Shown here: piece by piece, positions 1-10,114 of the stretch | How positions within the stretch are numbered: position 1 is the first letter of the stretch | Layout of the letters: each line of letters begins with the position of its first letter | Source: a virus | Taxonomy: Duplodnaviria; Caudoviricetes | IMG/VR virus record: IMGVR_UViG_3300037420_002493 | Location: 10,055 to 74,054 of that record | DNA: 64,000 bases | Strand: one strand, 5' to 3' | Made by a program: the position numbers and the translations under genes | Notes under the pieces: model-generated | What the model saw: the letters and a program-made list of their open reading frames with translations, nothing else | The model's database searches: none | Told to the model about the DNA's origin: nothing

Positions 1-897
1 TTGTTCTACCGATTATTAGTGGCTGGTGTTGGTGAAGCGCAACGTGTGACAACCTCACTTCAAGAAGTACGTCAGGCTGCCAATGATATCAAGCCGTTTG
101 AGCGCAAAGATAAGCACACCCGATCGTGGGTGTGTCGTAAATGGGCAAAAGTATTCCTGCACTGGCGGGTTCACCCCATCTACGGACACGATCCGAATTG
201 GGCGGAGAAAACACGGGAAGAACGGCAGCTCACCCAAGCTCAGTGGGATCAGGAATACGAACTAGACTTTGGGGTTAGCGGTCGGTTTGTCTTTGACCTA
301 GAGAAGATTGAGCAACTGTCGATCGGGGCATGGCAAGCCCCTCAATTTGCTCATCGCTATCTTGCAGGCATCGACCCCAGTTTCGGTGGGGAAGACTTTT
401 TCACGGTGCGGATTTGGGACATTACAAAACTGCCCTATCAGCTCGTGGCGGAGTTTCGACAGAACTTTAAATCTAAGGACTACTACGTCGAGCAGACCCT
501 AACTCTGTTAGACCGTTACAAACCAGTGCTGACTGGAATTGAGACAAATTCCGGTGGAGCACTTTATTTCCAAGACTTGATTAAGCAGCGACCCAGGATG
601 ACGATCGCGGGTCTGAATATGAGCGGTACGAGTAAGCCTGTTCATACCGATCGTTTGGTGCTAATGGCAGAACGCTCTGAACTGAACTTCCCACCGGATG
701 CAGCCACAGAGTATTTACACTTTGTGGAGCACATTAGCAAATCTCGTACTCGCAAGGCAGAAGCCGGATATCACGACGATACGGTGATGGCAGATGCGGT
801 AGCGTTTGCGTTTATTGACGAGGTTCCACCTGTCCGATCGTACACATCCTCATCTAGTGGAAACAGAGAAGTGCATTCGTCGGCAAGTGTCATTTGA
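1..897 (+). CDS. terL: Terminase large subunit, C-terminal nuclease part (5' truncated by window)
   Basis: EYELDF; AGIDPSFGGEDF (RNase H-like D); ETNSGG; HDDTVMADAVA. Confidence 0.85.
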   Translation: MFYRLLVAGVGEAQRVTTSLQEVRQAANDIKPFERKDKHTRSWVCRKWAKVFLHWRVHPIYGHDPNWAEKTREERQLTQAQWDQEYELDFGVSGRFVFDLEKIEQLSIGAWQAPQFAHRYLAGIDPSFGGEDFFTVRIWDITKLPYQLVAEFRQNFKSKDYYVEQTLTLLDRYKPVLTGIETNSGGALYFQDLIKQRPRMTIAGLNMSGTSKPVHTDRLVLMAERSELNFPPDAATEYLHFVEHISKSRTRKAEAGYHDDTVMADAVAFAFIDEVPPVRSYTSSSSGNREVHSSASVI

Positions 898-957
898 AAT
901 CGGTCACGTATGACCGATTTGATAGGGCGCGGTTCACCTCCACCGCAAGGCTTGGAA

Positions 958-1572
958 CTAGGCAGCAGAAGCGGGTAACTCTTCTGGCAGTCCTGCGAGT
1001 AGCGTGACCATATCGTACTTGGACAAATGCTTGTTCCGACCTTTGGCATTGCGCCACTTAATACCCGCTTGCTGGCAACGCTTCCGCAACTCTTGAGGAG
1101 TTAGTTCGTTCAGGTCTACCGTGACCGTTGCCGCGGAGATGGCAGCAGGTAGCAAACCAGAGATCGTAACCACCGGAGTAACTAGGACAGGCAGGGGGAA
1201 GTAGAGAACCTCAGTAATTGGCTCTGCTGCGGGAGGAAGCAAGCCGATGACAGGTGAAGCGGGTAGAGCAAGAACTTCAGCCTCAATAGGCTCTTCGATG
1301 CCGTAGTAGCCAGCACCGACAATCTTGCCGGACTCATACGCACATTGGCAGGCGTAGGTGAAGAAGGCGATCGTGCAGACAATCGCACGAATGACATGGG
1401 CATAGACACGGAATGCACGTCTGCTGGTCAGTGCGTTGACGGTGCGACCGACACCCCAGCACAGGATGCTGAGTGCATCGCGAGTGAAACGGTCTGTAGC
1501 GAAGAAGGCGTTGCGAACGACGGTAGCGATGTCGAATGCGGTGTCGAGGTGGTTGATGAAAGCGTATTGCAT
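958..1572 (-). CDS. Hypothetical protein, hydrophobic N-terminal half, C-terminal SAP/HeH-like helix pair
   Basis: ATG at 1572 (MQYAFIN); C-term LTPQELRKRCQQAGIKWRNAKGRNKHLSKYDMVTLL. Confidence 0.55.
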   Translation of the reverse strand: MQYAFINHLDTAFDIATVVRNAFFATDRFTRDALSILCWGVGRTVNALTSRRAFRVYAHVIRAIVCTIAFFTYACQCAYESGKIVGAGYYGIEEPIEAEVLALPASPVIGLLPPAAEPITEVLYFPLPVLVTPVVTISGLLPAAISAATVTVDLNELTPQELRKRCQQAGIKWRNAKGRNKHLSKYDMVTLLAGLPEELPASAA

Positions 1573-1674
1573 TGTGAAAAGCCCGTGTAGTGAGTGGGTT
1601 GACCGTGAGGCGCTTGGAACGATTGCCTCTATAATCAGAATATGCCCGTTAACAGGCAATGTCAAGAGGGAAAA

Positions 1675-1872
1675 ATGGGAAACTCAAATCCTAAAACTGA
1701 TCACCTGAAACCTTACCGATATCCAGAGCACGATCGACCGCTCGGAAAAGTCATTGGGGTACGGTTCCCGATCGATGTCGAAGCTGTTTTAGCGGTCATG
1801 AGTAGCGCTGATCGGTCTGACTATGTTCGAGATGCTGTTGAGGAAAAGATGAAACGTGATGGCTTGCTGTAG
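1675..1872 (+). CDS. Ribbon-helix-helix (CopG/Arc-like) regulator
   Basis: KVIGVRFPIDV...RSDYVRDAVEEKM; paralog at 38718-38915. Confidence 0.65.
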   Translation: MGNSNPKTDHLKPYRYPEHDRPLGKVIGVRFPIDVEAVLAVMSSADRSDYVRDAVEEKMKRDGLL

Positions 1873-1931
1873 CCTACAATTCGGTCAGGCTGTTTGCTTG
1901 CATCTTCCCCGCAGGGGTAATCGATTTCACC

Positions 1932-2453
1932 ATGCCTGATCAGTTTTTCCAACTCGACATCGACACCTCCCAAATCGACAGCTATTTGGGTGAGTTAACC
2001 GTGCGACTGCAAGGGCTTGATCCGCTCTACGACACGATCGCAACCGACATCATTCAGCCATTTCTAGACCAACGCTTCGACACTGAAACTGATCCGACTG
2101 GGGCACCTTGGGCAGACCTAAAGCCTGCGACCATTCGGCAACGACAGCGTAAAGGATTAGTGCCGATTAAGAAACTCAACGCCACAGGTAAAGGACGAAA
2201 AAATATCAAGGTTGCTGCTGACTCTGGCGGCGTGAAAGTGTCCTATGGGGACGATGACACCGATTACATGGATTTGCACAACACGGGGACAGAACGCATG
2301 GCTCAGCGTCGGTTTGTCCCCACTCCGCAGGAGGTTGAATCGGGAGAAGTGGGACGGCAGATTCGGGAAGCGACGGAGAACTACCTAACGCCTGGAATCG
2401 GTCGGTTCGTGAAAGGTGAGATTCGACGAACGAAGCGGATTTTGCGGGGTTAA
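1932..2453 (+). CDS. Phage virion morphogenesis protein (Mu gpG-like)
   Basis: RFDTETDPTGAPWADLKPATI...L...HNTGTERMAQRRFV. Confidence 0.8.
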   Translation: MPDQFFQLDIDTSQIDSYLGELTVRLQGLDPLYDTIATDIIQPFLDQRFDTETDPTGAPWADLKPATIRQRQRKGLVPIKKLNATGKGRKNIKVAADSGGVKVSYGDDDTDYMDLHNTGTERMAQRRFVPTPQEVESGEVGRQIREATENYLTPGIGRFVKGEIRRTKRILRG

Positions 2454-2455
2454 AT

Positions 2456-3583
2456 CTAACATCTTCTAAACTTGACTCGACGCGCTTTACCAGCAGACAG
2501 TGAAATATTCCCCTGTGTCTCGCTTTCGCATACAGGGTAGTCATGAAATGTTGCGTCGGTCATTTCGCTACCTATCCTTATATTTTTTCTTGTTCCATGC
2601 ATAGTATAAGCCAGCCCACCACAGCGTTCTAGCTTTCTATCCCAGTAAACTTTAAGACTTATAAAACGAAGGCTTTTAAGAATGTATCGACGCTCTTTTA
2701 GTTCTGAGATTTCCTCGCCCTGTTGCCTGCGATAAACAAGAATCCAACAAATTCGGATGAGACGATCGCGCCTTTCATCCTCAACCCTGCTGTCGGTATT
2801 GCGCCAATACGATCGCGGTTGCGTGTATCGCAAATATTTTTCAAGGAGATCCCCCGCTTCTTTTGGATAAGGGTTTGGCGTGGGAGGATACCACAACCCC
2901 CACGCATGTTTAGAGCGATCGCCGCAATTTATCTGCTGATTTGCTTTTGTATATTGCAGTAGCTTGGATTTGCTCCATTCAGATGTTCCGCCACAGTCGC
3001 ACTGCATTAACCATGTCGGCTTGTGAGCGCGATCGCGTTTTCCGGTCAATCTGACTGCAACAAGTTCACCGAACCGCTGACCGGAAATGTCGTGCGGTCT
3101 GCGCTTGTTGTCCACTAATTCTTTCCTGCGTTGTTTCCCCAGGCATCCGCACGACTTGCGTTTACCTGAGTCTATGTCATGCCTAGTATCCTGAAACGTC
3201 TGTCCGCAGTAGCCGCATTCAAAATTCCAGGGTTGCCGATGCCGCCCATTTTTAACTCCTTGTTCTGCCTTGCCCAAAACAAGGATCATTCCAATTTTTT
3301 GACCAGCAATGAGATCTGGCTTTGCTCTCAATCTGCCATTTCTACGGGAAGCTTCAGCTTTTGTGCATCCACAAGATGGGTTTGGCTTGCTTGGGCTGTC
3401 AAAATAATTGCGCGGTTTCTGAACAGTTCTGCTGCATTCACATTGACACCAATACAATTGGATGGAAACTTTGCCACTCTTGTATTTTGGATTGCTAGTT
3501 GATTTGAAGACACGATCGCCCTTTCCCAAAACCGTGAGCTTTCCAAATCTTTGCCCTGTCGGATCTGGTTTTGCTGCTACCAC
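2456..3583 (-). CDS. Protein with three Cys-rich GQRFGxL..CxCG..SCGC-type repeats (homing-endonuclease N-terminal type); no clear nuclease domain
   Basis: PTGQRFGKLTVL..WCQCECS..SCGC; IAGQKIGMILVL..FECGYCG..SCGC; ISGQRFGELVAV..WLMQCDCG. Confidence 0.6.
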   Translation of the reverse strand: MVAAKPDPTGQRFGKLTVLGKGDRVFKSTSNPKYKSGKVSIQLYWCQCECSRTVQKPRNYFDSPSKPNPSCGCTKAEASRRNGRLRAKPDLIAGQKIGMILVLGKAEQGVKNGRHRQPWNFECGYCGQTFQDTRHDIDSGKRKSCGCLGKQRRKELVDNKRRPHDISGQRFGELVAVRLTGKRDRAHKPTWLMQCDCGGTSEWSKSKLLQYTKANQQINCGDRSKHAWGLWYPPTPNPYPKEAGDLLEKYLRYTQPRSYWRNTDSRVEDERRDRLIRICWILVYRRQQGEEISELKERRYILKSLRFISLKVYWDRKLERCGGLAYTMHGTRKNIRIGSEMTDATFHDYPVCESETQGNISLSAGKARRVKFRRC

Positions 3584-3942
3584 GGATCTCTACACCATTC
3601 GTCCCTTTCTACAAATCCATCCAGCTTGGCGTCAAAACGCAATCCAAACAGTCTGACACCTCCCGAGACGAAACTCAGAATGGTGATAGTTTTTCTAAAA
3701 ACAAGTAGTGATTGATGCAGTACTTTGGCATCTCTAGGGTAGAGCAAACACGAGTCCGCTCTCATCAGGACATTGATTGGTCGGTAGTCGTTAGGGTCAT
3801 CATTATTGTCTTGCTGTAACCACGCCCAATCTCGATCGTTGACCCCACCTCGATTGAGTACCGCTTGAATCTCTTTCGGTACTTCACACCTCAGAAATTC
3901 TTGCATTGATTGATATTGCTTCTGCTCAAGGTCTGTCATCAT
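3577..3942 (-). CDS. Hypothetical protein
   Basis: 121 aa ORF overlapping both neighbours. Confidence 0.5.
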   Translation of the reverse strand: MMTDLEQKQYQSMQEFLRCEVPKEIQAVLNRGGVNDRDWAWLQQDNNDDPNDYRPINVLMRADSCLLYPRDAKVLHQSLLVFRKTITILSFVSGGVRLFGLRFDAKLDGFVERDEWCRDPW

Positions 3943-4191
3943 TTACAACCACTGCTCAAACACATCTTCTCTGGTCAGTACCAGCGGGTTGTTTAGTTTC
4001 AGAACTTGCCCGATCGCGGGCAACAACTCAGTTGGCAAGCTGACTTCTCCGCGTTCAATTCGCCCAACCTGCCGACGAGAGTACCCGATCGCCAACGCTA
4101 ACACCTCTTGTGTGATTCCGAGTGATTTGCGTCGAGTTGAAATGTTATTGCCAACAATCTGAGGAGCGGTTTTCGGGCGAACCTGAGACAT
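3943..4191 (-). CDS. XRE-family HTH regulator
   Basis: IVGNNISTRRKSLGITQEVLALAIGYSRRQVGRIERGE. Confidence 0.85.
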   Translation of the reverse strand: MSQVRPKTAPQIVGNNISTRRKSLGITQEVLALAIGYSRRQVGRIERGEVSLPTELLPAIGQVLKLNNPLVLTREDVFEQWL

Positions 4192-4268
4192 TGCGTACCG
4201 AATCAGAACCAGCAACGCCATTTTACTCAAACTCTATCTATTGTGATGGTCAGATTACAGAATTCACA

Positions 4269-5708
4269 ATGGCAACTGCAACACAAACGCCACTCAGCAT
4301 TCTAGGTGTAGAACTATTTCTTCCTGGTGTACGCCGGGATAGTCTAGGTCGAACAAAAGAATGGGAGGACTGGGAATTAAATGAAATGGCGAGCTCTTAC
4401 AACTCTGTTGTAAGAGATGTGCATGATGCTCCAGTCTTGATTGGTCACGATGGAAAGACCCTAGAACAAGATCAAGGGCTTCCTGCAAACAGCTACGCAT
4501 CTCCTGAGATGACTCCGCAGGGAGAAGCCTCGTATGCTTGGCTAGAACGCGCCTATGTTGAGAACGGAAAACTTAAAGGCGACTATCGAAAAGTCAATCC
4601 TAGTTTTGCTCAAGCGCTAGAAAACGAGACCTACAAAAAGCGTTCAATTTCAATCTATCCGCGCAACCATCCAGACAATCCCACTCCTGGTAAGCTCAAC
4701 ATTCGCCATGTTGCATACGTTGCCATTCCTGCTGTGAAGGGAATGAAAGATCACGCTTTTGGAGAGGGCAATTTTTTTGAGTTTGAATTTGCTGAATTTT
4801 ACGGTTCTGCGTGGAGCGCGATCGCTCGGCTCATGCAAGGACTGCGCGATCGGATGATTGAAGATGCAGACCTAGAAACTGCTAACGCCACATTTCCCAC
4901 AGAACTGCTGGATGCGATTCAACGACAGGCAAACGACTCTAACGATTACGTCACCGTGAGTCAGTTTGTTGACGCGCTGAACAGTGTTGACGCATTACGC
5001 GCTCAAGTTTCCCAACTATCCATGCTCATGCAAGGCTCTGACCTTGCCTACTCGGAATCAACTATGAATCTCAAGAAAATGATGGCTGACAAGGGAGTAA
5101 CCGCTGTCAAAGGCATTGCTCCTATGGATTTGCAGGCAATTATCAAAGGTGACAAAACCGCCACATCGGAGCAGATGCAAATGATTGCTGACGCTTTAGG
5201 AGTCAGCGTTGATGAGTTAAAACCGAAAACTACCAACATGAGCGAACCAGAAGACTATCAGCAACTCAAGGCGCAAGTTGCCGCCTTAGCCACCGAAAAC
5301 AAACAACTGCGCGACGATCGTGAGCGCGATCGGGTGACGAATTTCGTTGAAAAATTGGTTCAAGAACGCAAGGTTCTCCCTGCTAACAAGGCAGAAGTAA
5401 TTGAACTAGCAATCAGCTTGCCCAATGATAAAACGCTCAACTACAGCGAAGGAACGGGGAGCGTTGAAGCCACACCGCGCGATCGTTATCTCAGCCAGCT
5501 TCAAAAAGGCAAGGAACTCTGGAGCAATTCCCAGATGCCAACCAACCCTTCAGACGCGCCGAACAATTTTAGCGAAACCGCCAAGCTCGAAGGGTTTGAC
5601 GCTGAATCGACCAAAACAGACCAACTGATTAAGCAGCGCATGAAAGACCAAGGCTGTGACTATGCCGAAGCGGTCAATCAACTCATTTCTACTGGCGAAA
5701 TTCGCTAG
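4269..5708 (+). CDS. Mu gpI-like prohead protease/scaffold with internal XRE-like HTH
   Basis: APVLIGH; YKKRSISIY; HVAYVAIPAVKGM; coiled-coil scaffold C-term; directly upstream of capsid genes. Confidence 0.8.
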   Translation: MATATQTPLSILGVELFLPGVRRDSLGRTKEWEDWELNEMASSYNSVVRDVHDAPVLIGHDGKTLEQDQGLPANSYASPEMTPQGEASYAWLERAYVENGKLKGDYRKVNPSFAQALENETYKKRSISIYPRNHPDNPTPGKLNIRHVAYVAIPAVKGMKDHAFGEGNFFEFEFAEFYGSAWSAIARLMQGLRDRMIEDADLETANATFPTELLDAIQRQANDSNDYVTVSQFVDALNSVDALRAQVSQLSMLMQGSDLAYSESTMNLKKMMADKGVTAVKGIAPMDLQAIIKGDKTATSEQMQMIADALGVSVDELKPKTTNMSEPEDYQQLKAQVAALATENKQLRDDRERDRVTNFVEKLVQERKVLPANKAEVIELAISLPNDKTLNYSEGTGSVEATPRDRYLSQLQKGKELWSNSQMPTNPSDAPNNFSETAKLEGFDAESTKTDQLIKQRMKDQGCDYAEAVNQLISTGEIR

Positions 5709-5747
5709 TCAATTTTTCCCTAGAATCCCCTCAAGAGGAATCCATCA

Positions 5748-6092
5748 ATGGCATTTAGACAAGATCCACACTGCTTATCCGTTCCGATAGCAGGAACCGT
5801 TACCAAAAAACGGTTTGTTAACTACAACGGAACTCAAGCCGTTGCTAACCAGAACACGATCGGGGTCGCTGTGTATGGCGGTGTATCTGGCGATTGCATC
5901 GAAGTTGACCATCTCGGAGTTACGGCAGTAGAAGCCGGAGCGGTGATTAACGGTTCTGAACTGCGCTTGCAAACCGATGCTCAAGGACGCGCCGTTCCCT
6001 ACACCACAGGTCCAACCGTCGCGAAACTCTTTCCCGGTCAAACTGCGACGGCAGCAGGGCAAGAAATCTCCGTCACTCTCATGCCGAACTAA
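5748..6092 (+). CDS. Capsid cement/decoration protein (DUF2190-like)
   Basis: Gly/Ala-rich 114 aa between protease and capsid; LQTDAQGRAVP. Confidence 0.7.
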   Translation: MAFRQDPHCLSVPIAGTVTKKRFVNYNGTQAVANQNTIGVAVYGGVSGDCIEVDHLGVTAVEAGAVINGSELRLQTDAQGRAVPYTTGPTVAKLFPGQTATAAGQEISVTLMPN

Positions 6093-6147
6093 TCTCTAAT
6101 CCTTCCCAACCCCTTAAGTCCCTACCCGATAAGGAATATCAAAATCC

Positions 6148-7143
6148 ATGGCAGTCATTACCGGAATGAATGTGAGAGATGTCAAGGCAGGTGATAACCG
6201 TGTCTTGACTAATCTCGCAAACGGCTACACCAACGCTGAATTTGTTGGAAAGTACCTTTCTCCCTTTGTTAAAGTCAAAAGCCGCACTGGCTTGGTAATC
6301 AGTTTCGATAAGTCTACGTTTCGTCGCCACAAGGACGATCGGGCACCCGGCGGACCCTACAACATCATTGAAGCGGGCTACGAATCAGATCCGTATTCGG
6401 TGAAGAACAAGGGTCTGATGTACAAGGTGCCTGTTGAGCACCAGGAAGAAGCTGCTCAGGCATCTATCAATCTGGGCATGATGGCTCAAAGCGCCTTATC
6501 TGACGCTGAAGCACTCAACATCGAACTTGAGCAACGAGATATGGCAATCAATCCCGCCAACTACAACGGCTCTACAGCCGCGCTGTCGGGAACAGATAGG
6601 TTTGATGATCCCACCTCAACCCCTGGCTTGTTGGTTCGTGATGTCAGTTCAGACACCGCTCGCAAATGCGGTCGAAGACCAAACTTGATTCTCACTGGAC
6701 CGGATGTGACAAATGCCTTGGCGGTGCATCCTGACGTGAAACAGCAGTTTCATCAAACAAATAGCGGATCCATCACCGATGACATGCTGAAAGAGTACTT
6801 CGGGCTTCCGAAGGAAGGGCGTTACATTACAGGCGAAGCCATCGAAGAAGTCAACCCAGCTACTGGTGAAACGGATTTTATTTGGGGTAAATACTTCATT
6901 CTGGCGTATGTCAACCCAGCGGCTTTGAAGTCTGGCGAGATTGCCTACACCGCTAACAACAACCTCAACCGTATCACTCAGCCCTCCAAGTTCTACACCT
7001 ACGTGCTAGATGGCAACCCAACGGTTTCTAACCCCTTCTGGGATGAGTTCCACGATTCTTGGTTCTACAAAATCAAGTTTGAGCGGTCCACAGAAAACAC
7101 AGGTATCGATTCGGGCTACCTGCTTTCAACGGTGGTGAGCTAA
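6148..7143 (+). CDS. Major capsid protein (HK97 fold)
   Basis: 331 aa; VLTNLANGYTNAEFVG..SPFVKV; RPNLILTG; position. Confidence 0.85.
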   Translation: MAVITGMNVRDVKAGDNRVLTNLANGYTNAEFVGKYLSPFVKVKSRTGLVISFDKSTFRRHKDDRAPGGPYNIIEAGYESDPYSVKNKGLMYKVPVEHQEEAAQASINLGMMAQSALSDAEALNIELEQRDMAINPANYNGSTAALSGTDRFDDPTSTPGLLVRDVSSDTARKCGRRPNLILTGPDVTNALAVHPDVKQQFHQTNSGSITDDMLKEYFGLPKEGRYITGEAIEEVNPATGETDFIWGKYFILAYVNPAALKSGEIAYTANNNLNRITQPSKFYTYVLDGNPTVSNPFWDEFHDSWFYKIKFERSTENTGIDSGYLLSTVVS

Positions 7144-7179
7144 TCACTGCCTTGTTCTAAACTACTCTCTCGTGAACTC

Positions 7180-7425
7180 ATGGAAAACTACACCGTCAAA
7201 AGCCGAGTTCGGCACAACAAGGAATGGTATAACGCTGGAGATACGATCGCGCTCACTCCGAAAGAAGCTGAACCCCTGATTGCAGATGGCGCGATCGACC
7301 CCAATGGAACTCCCATTCCAGAGCCAAAACCAGACACCCCGATCGAGACCGAAACCCCTCCCAAATCGGTCAGCGTGACCGATTCTGAAAAGCCATCCAC
7401 CAAAAAGCCCGCTAAAGAGGCGTAA
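7180..7425 (+). CDS. Small virion protein (Mu gp35-like position)
   Basis: YNAGDTIALTPKEAEPLIADGAI; paralogous to 8297-8467. Confidence 0.55.
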   Translation: MENYTVKSRVRHNKEWYNAGDTIALTPKEAEPLIADGAIDPNGTPIPEPKPDTPIETETPPKSVSVTDSEKPSTKKPAKEA

Positions 7426-7428
7426 CTT

Positions 7429-7848
7429 GTGGCATACATCACACCCGATGACATGATTGTGCTCTTTGAGGAGCCGGAACTTGTGGAGGCAACCAACCTC
7501 CGCAACGCTTCAGCGGTGCTCATCAACATGGAGAAGTTACAACTCGCGTGTGATAGTGCCCAAGGGATTATTGATGGCTGGATTGGTCAGCGGTACTCGT
7601 TGCCACTCACCGATATGTCAGATCATCTGGCTCAGACCCTGAGAATCCATGCTGCCAACATTGCGCGGCATCAACTCGACGGATCTACCGAGGAGGTTCG
7701 GAATAAGTATGAGGATGCAATTCAGTGGCTGAAGTGGTTTAGCGGCAACAGTACGGGCAGTACTGGCTCGAATACTGTGAGTTCGGTGAACTACGACATC
7801 AGCAAGCAGTCGAATTCAAAGCTAAGCTGCGCGGCGGAGTGGTTCTGA
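7429..7848 (+). CDS. Head-tail adaptor, Mu gp36/DUF1320-like
   Basis: MAYITPDDM..IDGWIGQRYSLPL..IARHQL..YEDAIQWL. Confidence 0.85.
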   Translation: MAYITPDDMIVLFEEPELVEATNLRNASAVLINMEKLQLACDSAQGIIDGWIGQRYSLPLTDMSDHLAQTLRIHAANIARHQLDGSTEEVRNKYEDAIQWLKWFSGNSTGSTGSNTVSSVNYDISKQSNSKLSCAAEWF

Positions 7849-8294
7849 TGAGCATTGCCACGATCGAGGCTGACTTAATCACCCGACTGCAAACCCTGGA
7901 AGCCGATCAGAACCTCAAGGTGATTGCGTTTCCCACGAATCCCGATGAGCTGTATCGTCCCCCCTGCGATCGCATTATCGTCGGATTCAACCGGGAAAGC
8001 CTATCTCGTCCGAATACCACGAGCTTTACAGCCCCCATCATTCAAGAACGGCAACTCGACTTTGGCATTTACGTTCAGATTCGAGACCTTCGAGGACGGA
8101 AGCAATCAAACCCAAGGCTGGTTGAGCTAATGGATTTGATTCGAGACCTGATTACTGGGATGCGTCCCACAGGCGACAAGACTCATTGGTTTTACCAAAC
8201 CGCAGGCAGCTTTGTTCAATTAGCCGAAGCGTTTTGGTTGTATTCGATGAACTTTTCCATCTCGGTGCCCTATACCAAACGCGATCGGAGTTAA
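7848..8294 (+). CDS. Neck/tail completion protein, Mu gp37-like
   Basis: IATIEADLITRL; LMDLIRDLITG; position after gp36. Confidence 0.65.
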   Translation: MSIATIEADLITRLQTLEADQNLKVIAFPTNPDELYRPPCDRIIVGFNRESLSRPNTTSFTAPIIQERQLDFGIYVQIRDLRGRKQSNPRLVELMDLIRDLITGMRPTGDKTHWFYQTAGSFVQLAEAFWLYSMNFSISVPYTKRDRS

Positions 8295-8296
8295 AT

Positions 8297-8467
8297 ATGT
8301 CCAGCGAAACCAAAGAAAAATACCGCGTCGTTCAGCAAATCACGTTTAAGTCAGGTGATGTTTTTCCAGATCAGGAAATTGAACTGACCCCCAAAGAGGC
8401 TGAACCACTCGTAGCAGCTTCTGCCCTCGTTCCGGTTAAGGCAGAAGAGAAAGCTAAGAGCAAGTAA
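8297..8467 (+). CDS. Small virion protein
   Basis: IELTPKEAEPLVAASAL, shared with 7180-7425. Confidence 0.5.
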   Translation: MSSETKEKYRVVQQITFKSGDVFPDQEIELTPKEAEPLVAASALVPVKAEEKAKSK

Positions 8468-8488
8468 TTATTTAGGAGCAACTCAGTA

Positions 8489-9235
8489 ATGGCAATTTTA
8501 ACGGGTTGGGGACTCCCTGACTTTCTGGTGAATGGTTATTTGTTGGATGTCGAGCCGATGGAGATTTCCGTCGATGCGAGTTCTGACACTAAGAAGGCGA
8601 AGAAGTTTGTCGGCGGCAAGCTCGTCACGGCAGGTACAGCAACGGGTGAAGAAACCTATGTGCTGAAGTTGGGAATTGAAGCCATTAAGTGGCAAGACAT
8701 CCAGTTCGCGTTAGGGCAACTTTCTACCGTGGCATCTACACTCAGCTTGCCAGAGCGCAAAGAGGCAACGGTACCGTTGACCACGCCTTACGAAATTACG
8801 GATGCCGATATTACCGATACCAGCGTGTGGGTAACGTTGCGAGATAAAGGAGCGTGGGGGCTACCAAAACCACTTACTAAAGTCATCACAACGCCTTCAA
8901 CAGGGCAGTTTCAGGTTGACGCAGAGAACAACAAGCTGATTTTCCCTGCCGCTTATGCAGGGGCACGCATTTTGTACCGAGTGTTTGTTGAGCAAACCGC
9001 GATCGATGCAATTGGCGTCAGCGCAACTCCAACCTTGCTCAATGAGCTTTCCTTTAGTGGTGTGACCTACGGTGACACCGAAACAGGACAGTTCAAGTTC
9101 TACATTCCCAAGGCAACCCGCTCATCAGCTCCGTCGATTAACCCCAGTGATGTGACAAAGCTCGAAATTGAGTATGAGCTAGTTCCAACCACCTCAAACC
9201 CGCTACCGTTCATCACCGTTCCAATCAGTGCCTAA
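8489..9235 (+). CDS. Probable tail tube / major tail protein
   Basis: Beta-rich 248 aa after neck genes; position-based. Confidence 0.55.
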   Translation: MAILTGWGLPDFLVNGYLLDVEPMEISVDASSDTKKAKKFVGGKLVTAGTATGEETYVLKLGIEAIKWQDIQFALGQLSTVASTLSLPERKEATVPLTTPYEITDADITDTSVWVTLRDKGAWGLPKPLTKVITTPSTGQFQVDAENNKLIFPAAYAGARILYRVFVEQTAIDAIGVSATPTLLNELSFSGVTYGDTETGQFKFYIPKATRSSAPSINPSDVTKLEIEYELVPTTSNPLPFITVPISA

Positions 9236-9806
9236 CTGGATTGAGTTTGCTCCGCCTGCTGAATTTCAAGATCGGGATGGCATTGTCCGCCCGATCGCAA
9301 CTTGCTCTTTAATTGGTCGGTTTGAGTTCAATGAACGAATTGAGCAAATTCAATCTCGCCTTGCTCTGGCAGAAGCGGGGGAGTCGTGGCAAGTCTTGTA
9401 CGATCGGGATAAGCGACTTCGGTTTTATGTCGATCGATGCCTCCAATTGAACGGCATTAGTCCGGAGTGGGTGACGCTGGAAATGGTGGAAGCATTCCTG
9501 TTTCACCGTTTTGATGAGGAGACTGACGAGTATCTTCCGGGTTGGTTGGTGGAGTTAAATTCGCCCAAACAAGCACCTCACAAGGTAGCACCAGAGAAGC
9601 CTTTGACGTTGGCAGAAATCCTTGCAGCATTGTCACTGCAAACCAGTGTTAGCGACGCTTTAGAGGTTGCCAGTTCCATTCCTGCTGAGATGGTGACAGC
9701 AATTAGTGAGGAGCGGAATCGAATGATGAGGCAGGCTCACGAGGGCAAGCCGCCTCAATCATCGAAACCTACTCGTGAAGAGTTGATGGAGTTGCTCAAC
9801 AAGTAA
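9228..9806 (+). CDS. Probable tail assembly chaperone
   Basis: Coupled to tube gene; position-based. Confidence 0.4.
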   Translation: MPNWIEFAPPAEFQDRDGIVRPIATCSLIGRFEFNERIEQIQSRLALAEAGESWQVLYDRDKRLRFYVDRCLQLNGISPEWVTLEMVEAFLFHRFDEETDEYLPGWLVELNSPKQAPHKVAPEKPLTLAEILAALSLQTSVSDALEVASSIPAEMVTAISEERNRMMRQAHEGKPPQSSKPTREELMELLNK

Positions 9807-9811
9807 GCAAC

Positions 9812-10114
9812 CTACCCTTTTCGCTTGGTCTGAGAATCTGAATCTTTACGATCGGGTGACTGTAAAGACTTTTGCGACTCTTCAGGGGTTACCTTGGGAG
9901 TTGGCTGGACAGGTAGTGAGTTGGGCTTGCTGAATGTAAAACTGTTGTTTCCAGACTTCAAGTCAACATTGTAACCTTGGTGGATTGCGTAGATAGACAG
10001 AATGAAAATCTGCGAAGCAATTATTAGTGCTGTGAAATTTTTATTCACCGGGGAGTGGGTGTTGTATCGTACCCGCCCCTGGCTAAAGCATCGTTGACAA
10101 ATAAATCCTAGCAC
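9812..10114 (-). CDS. Hypothetical membrane protein
   Basis: Hydrophobic FTALIIASQIFILSIYAI; convergent insertion before portal. Confidence 0.4.
   Translation of the reverse strand: MLGFICQRCFSQGRVRYNTHSPVNKNFTALIIASQIFILSIYAIHQGYNVDLKSGNNSFTFSKPNSLPVQPTPKVTPEESQKSLQSPDRKDSDSQTKRKG

Noticed and set aside
1932-1945. 16 nt spacer matching the gpG start (TGCCTGATC) or 53045-53060
   Set aside because: Only a 9 nt run and a 12/16 match respectively, without a wobble pattern or ATN flank; expected by chance.
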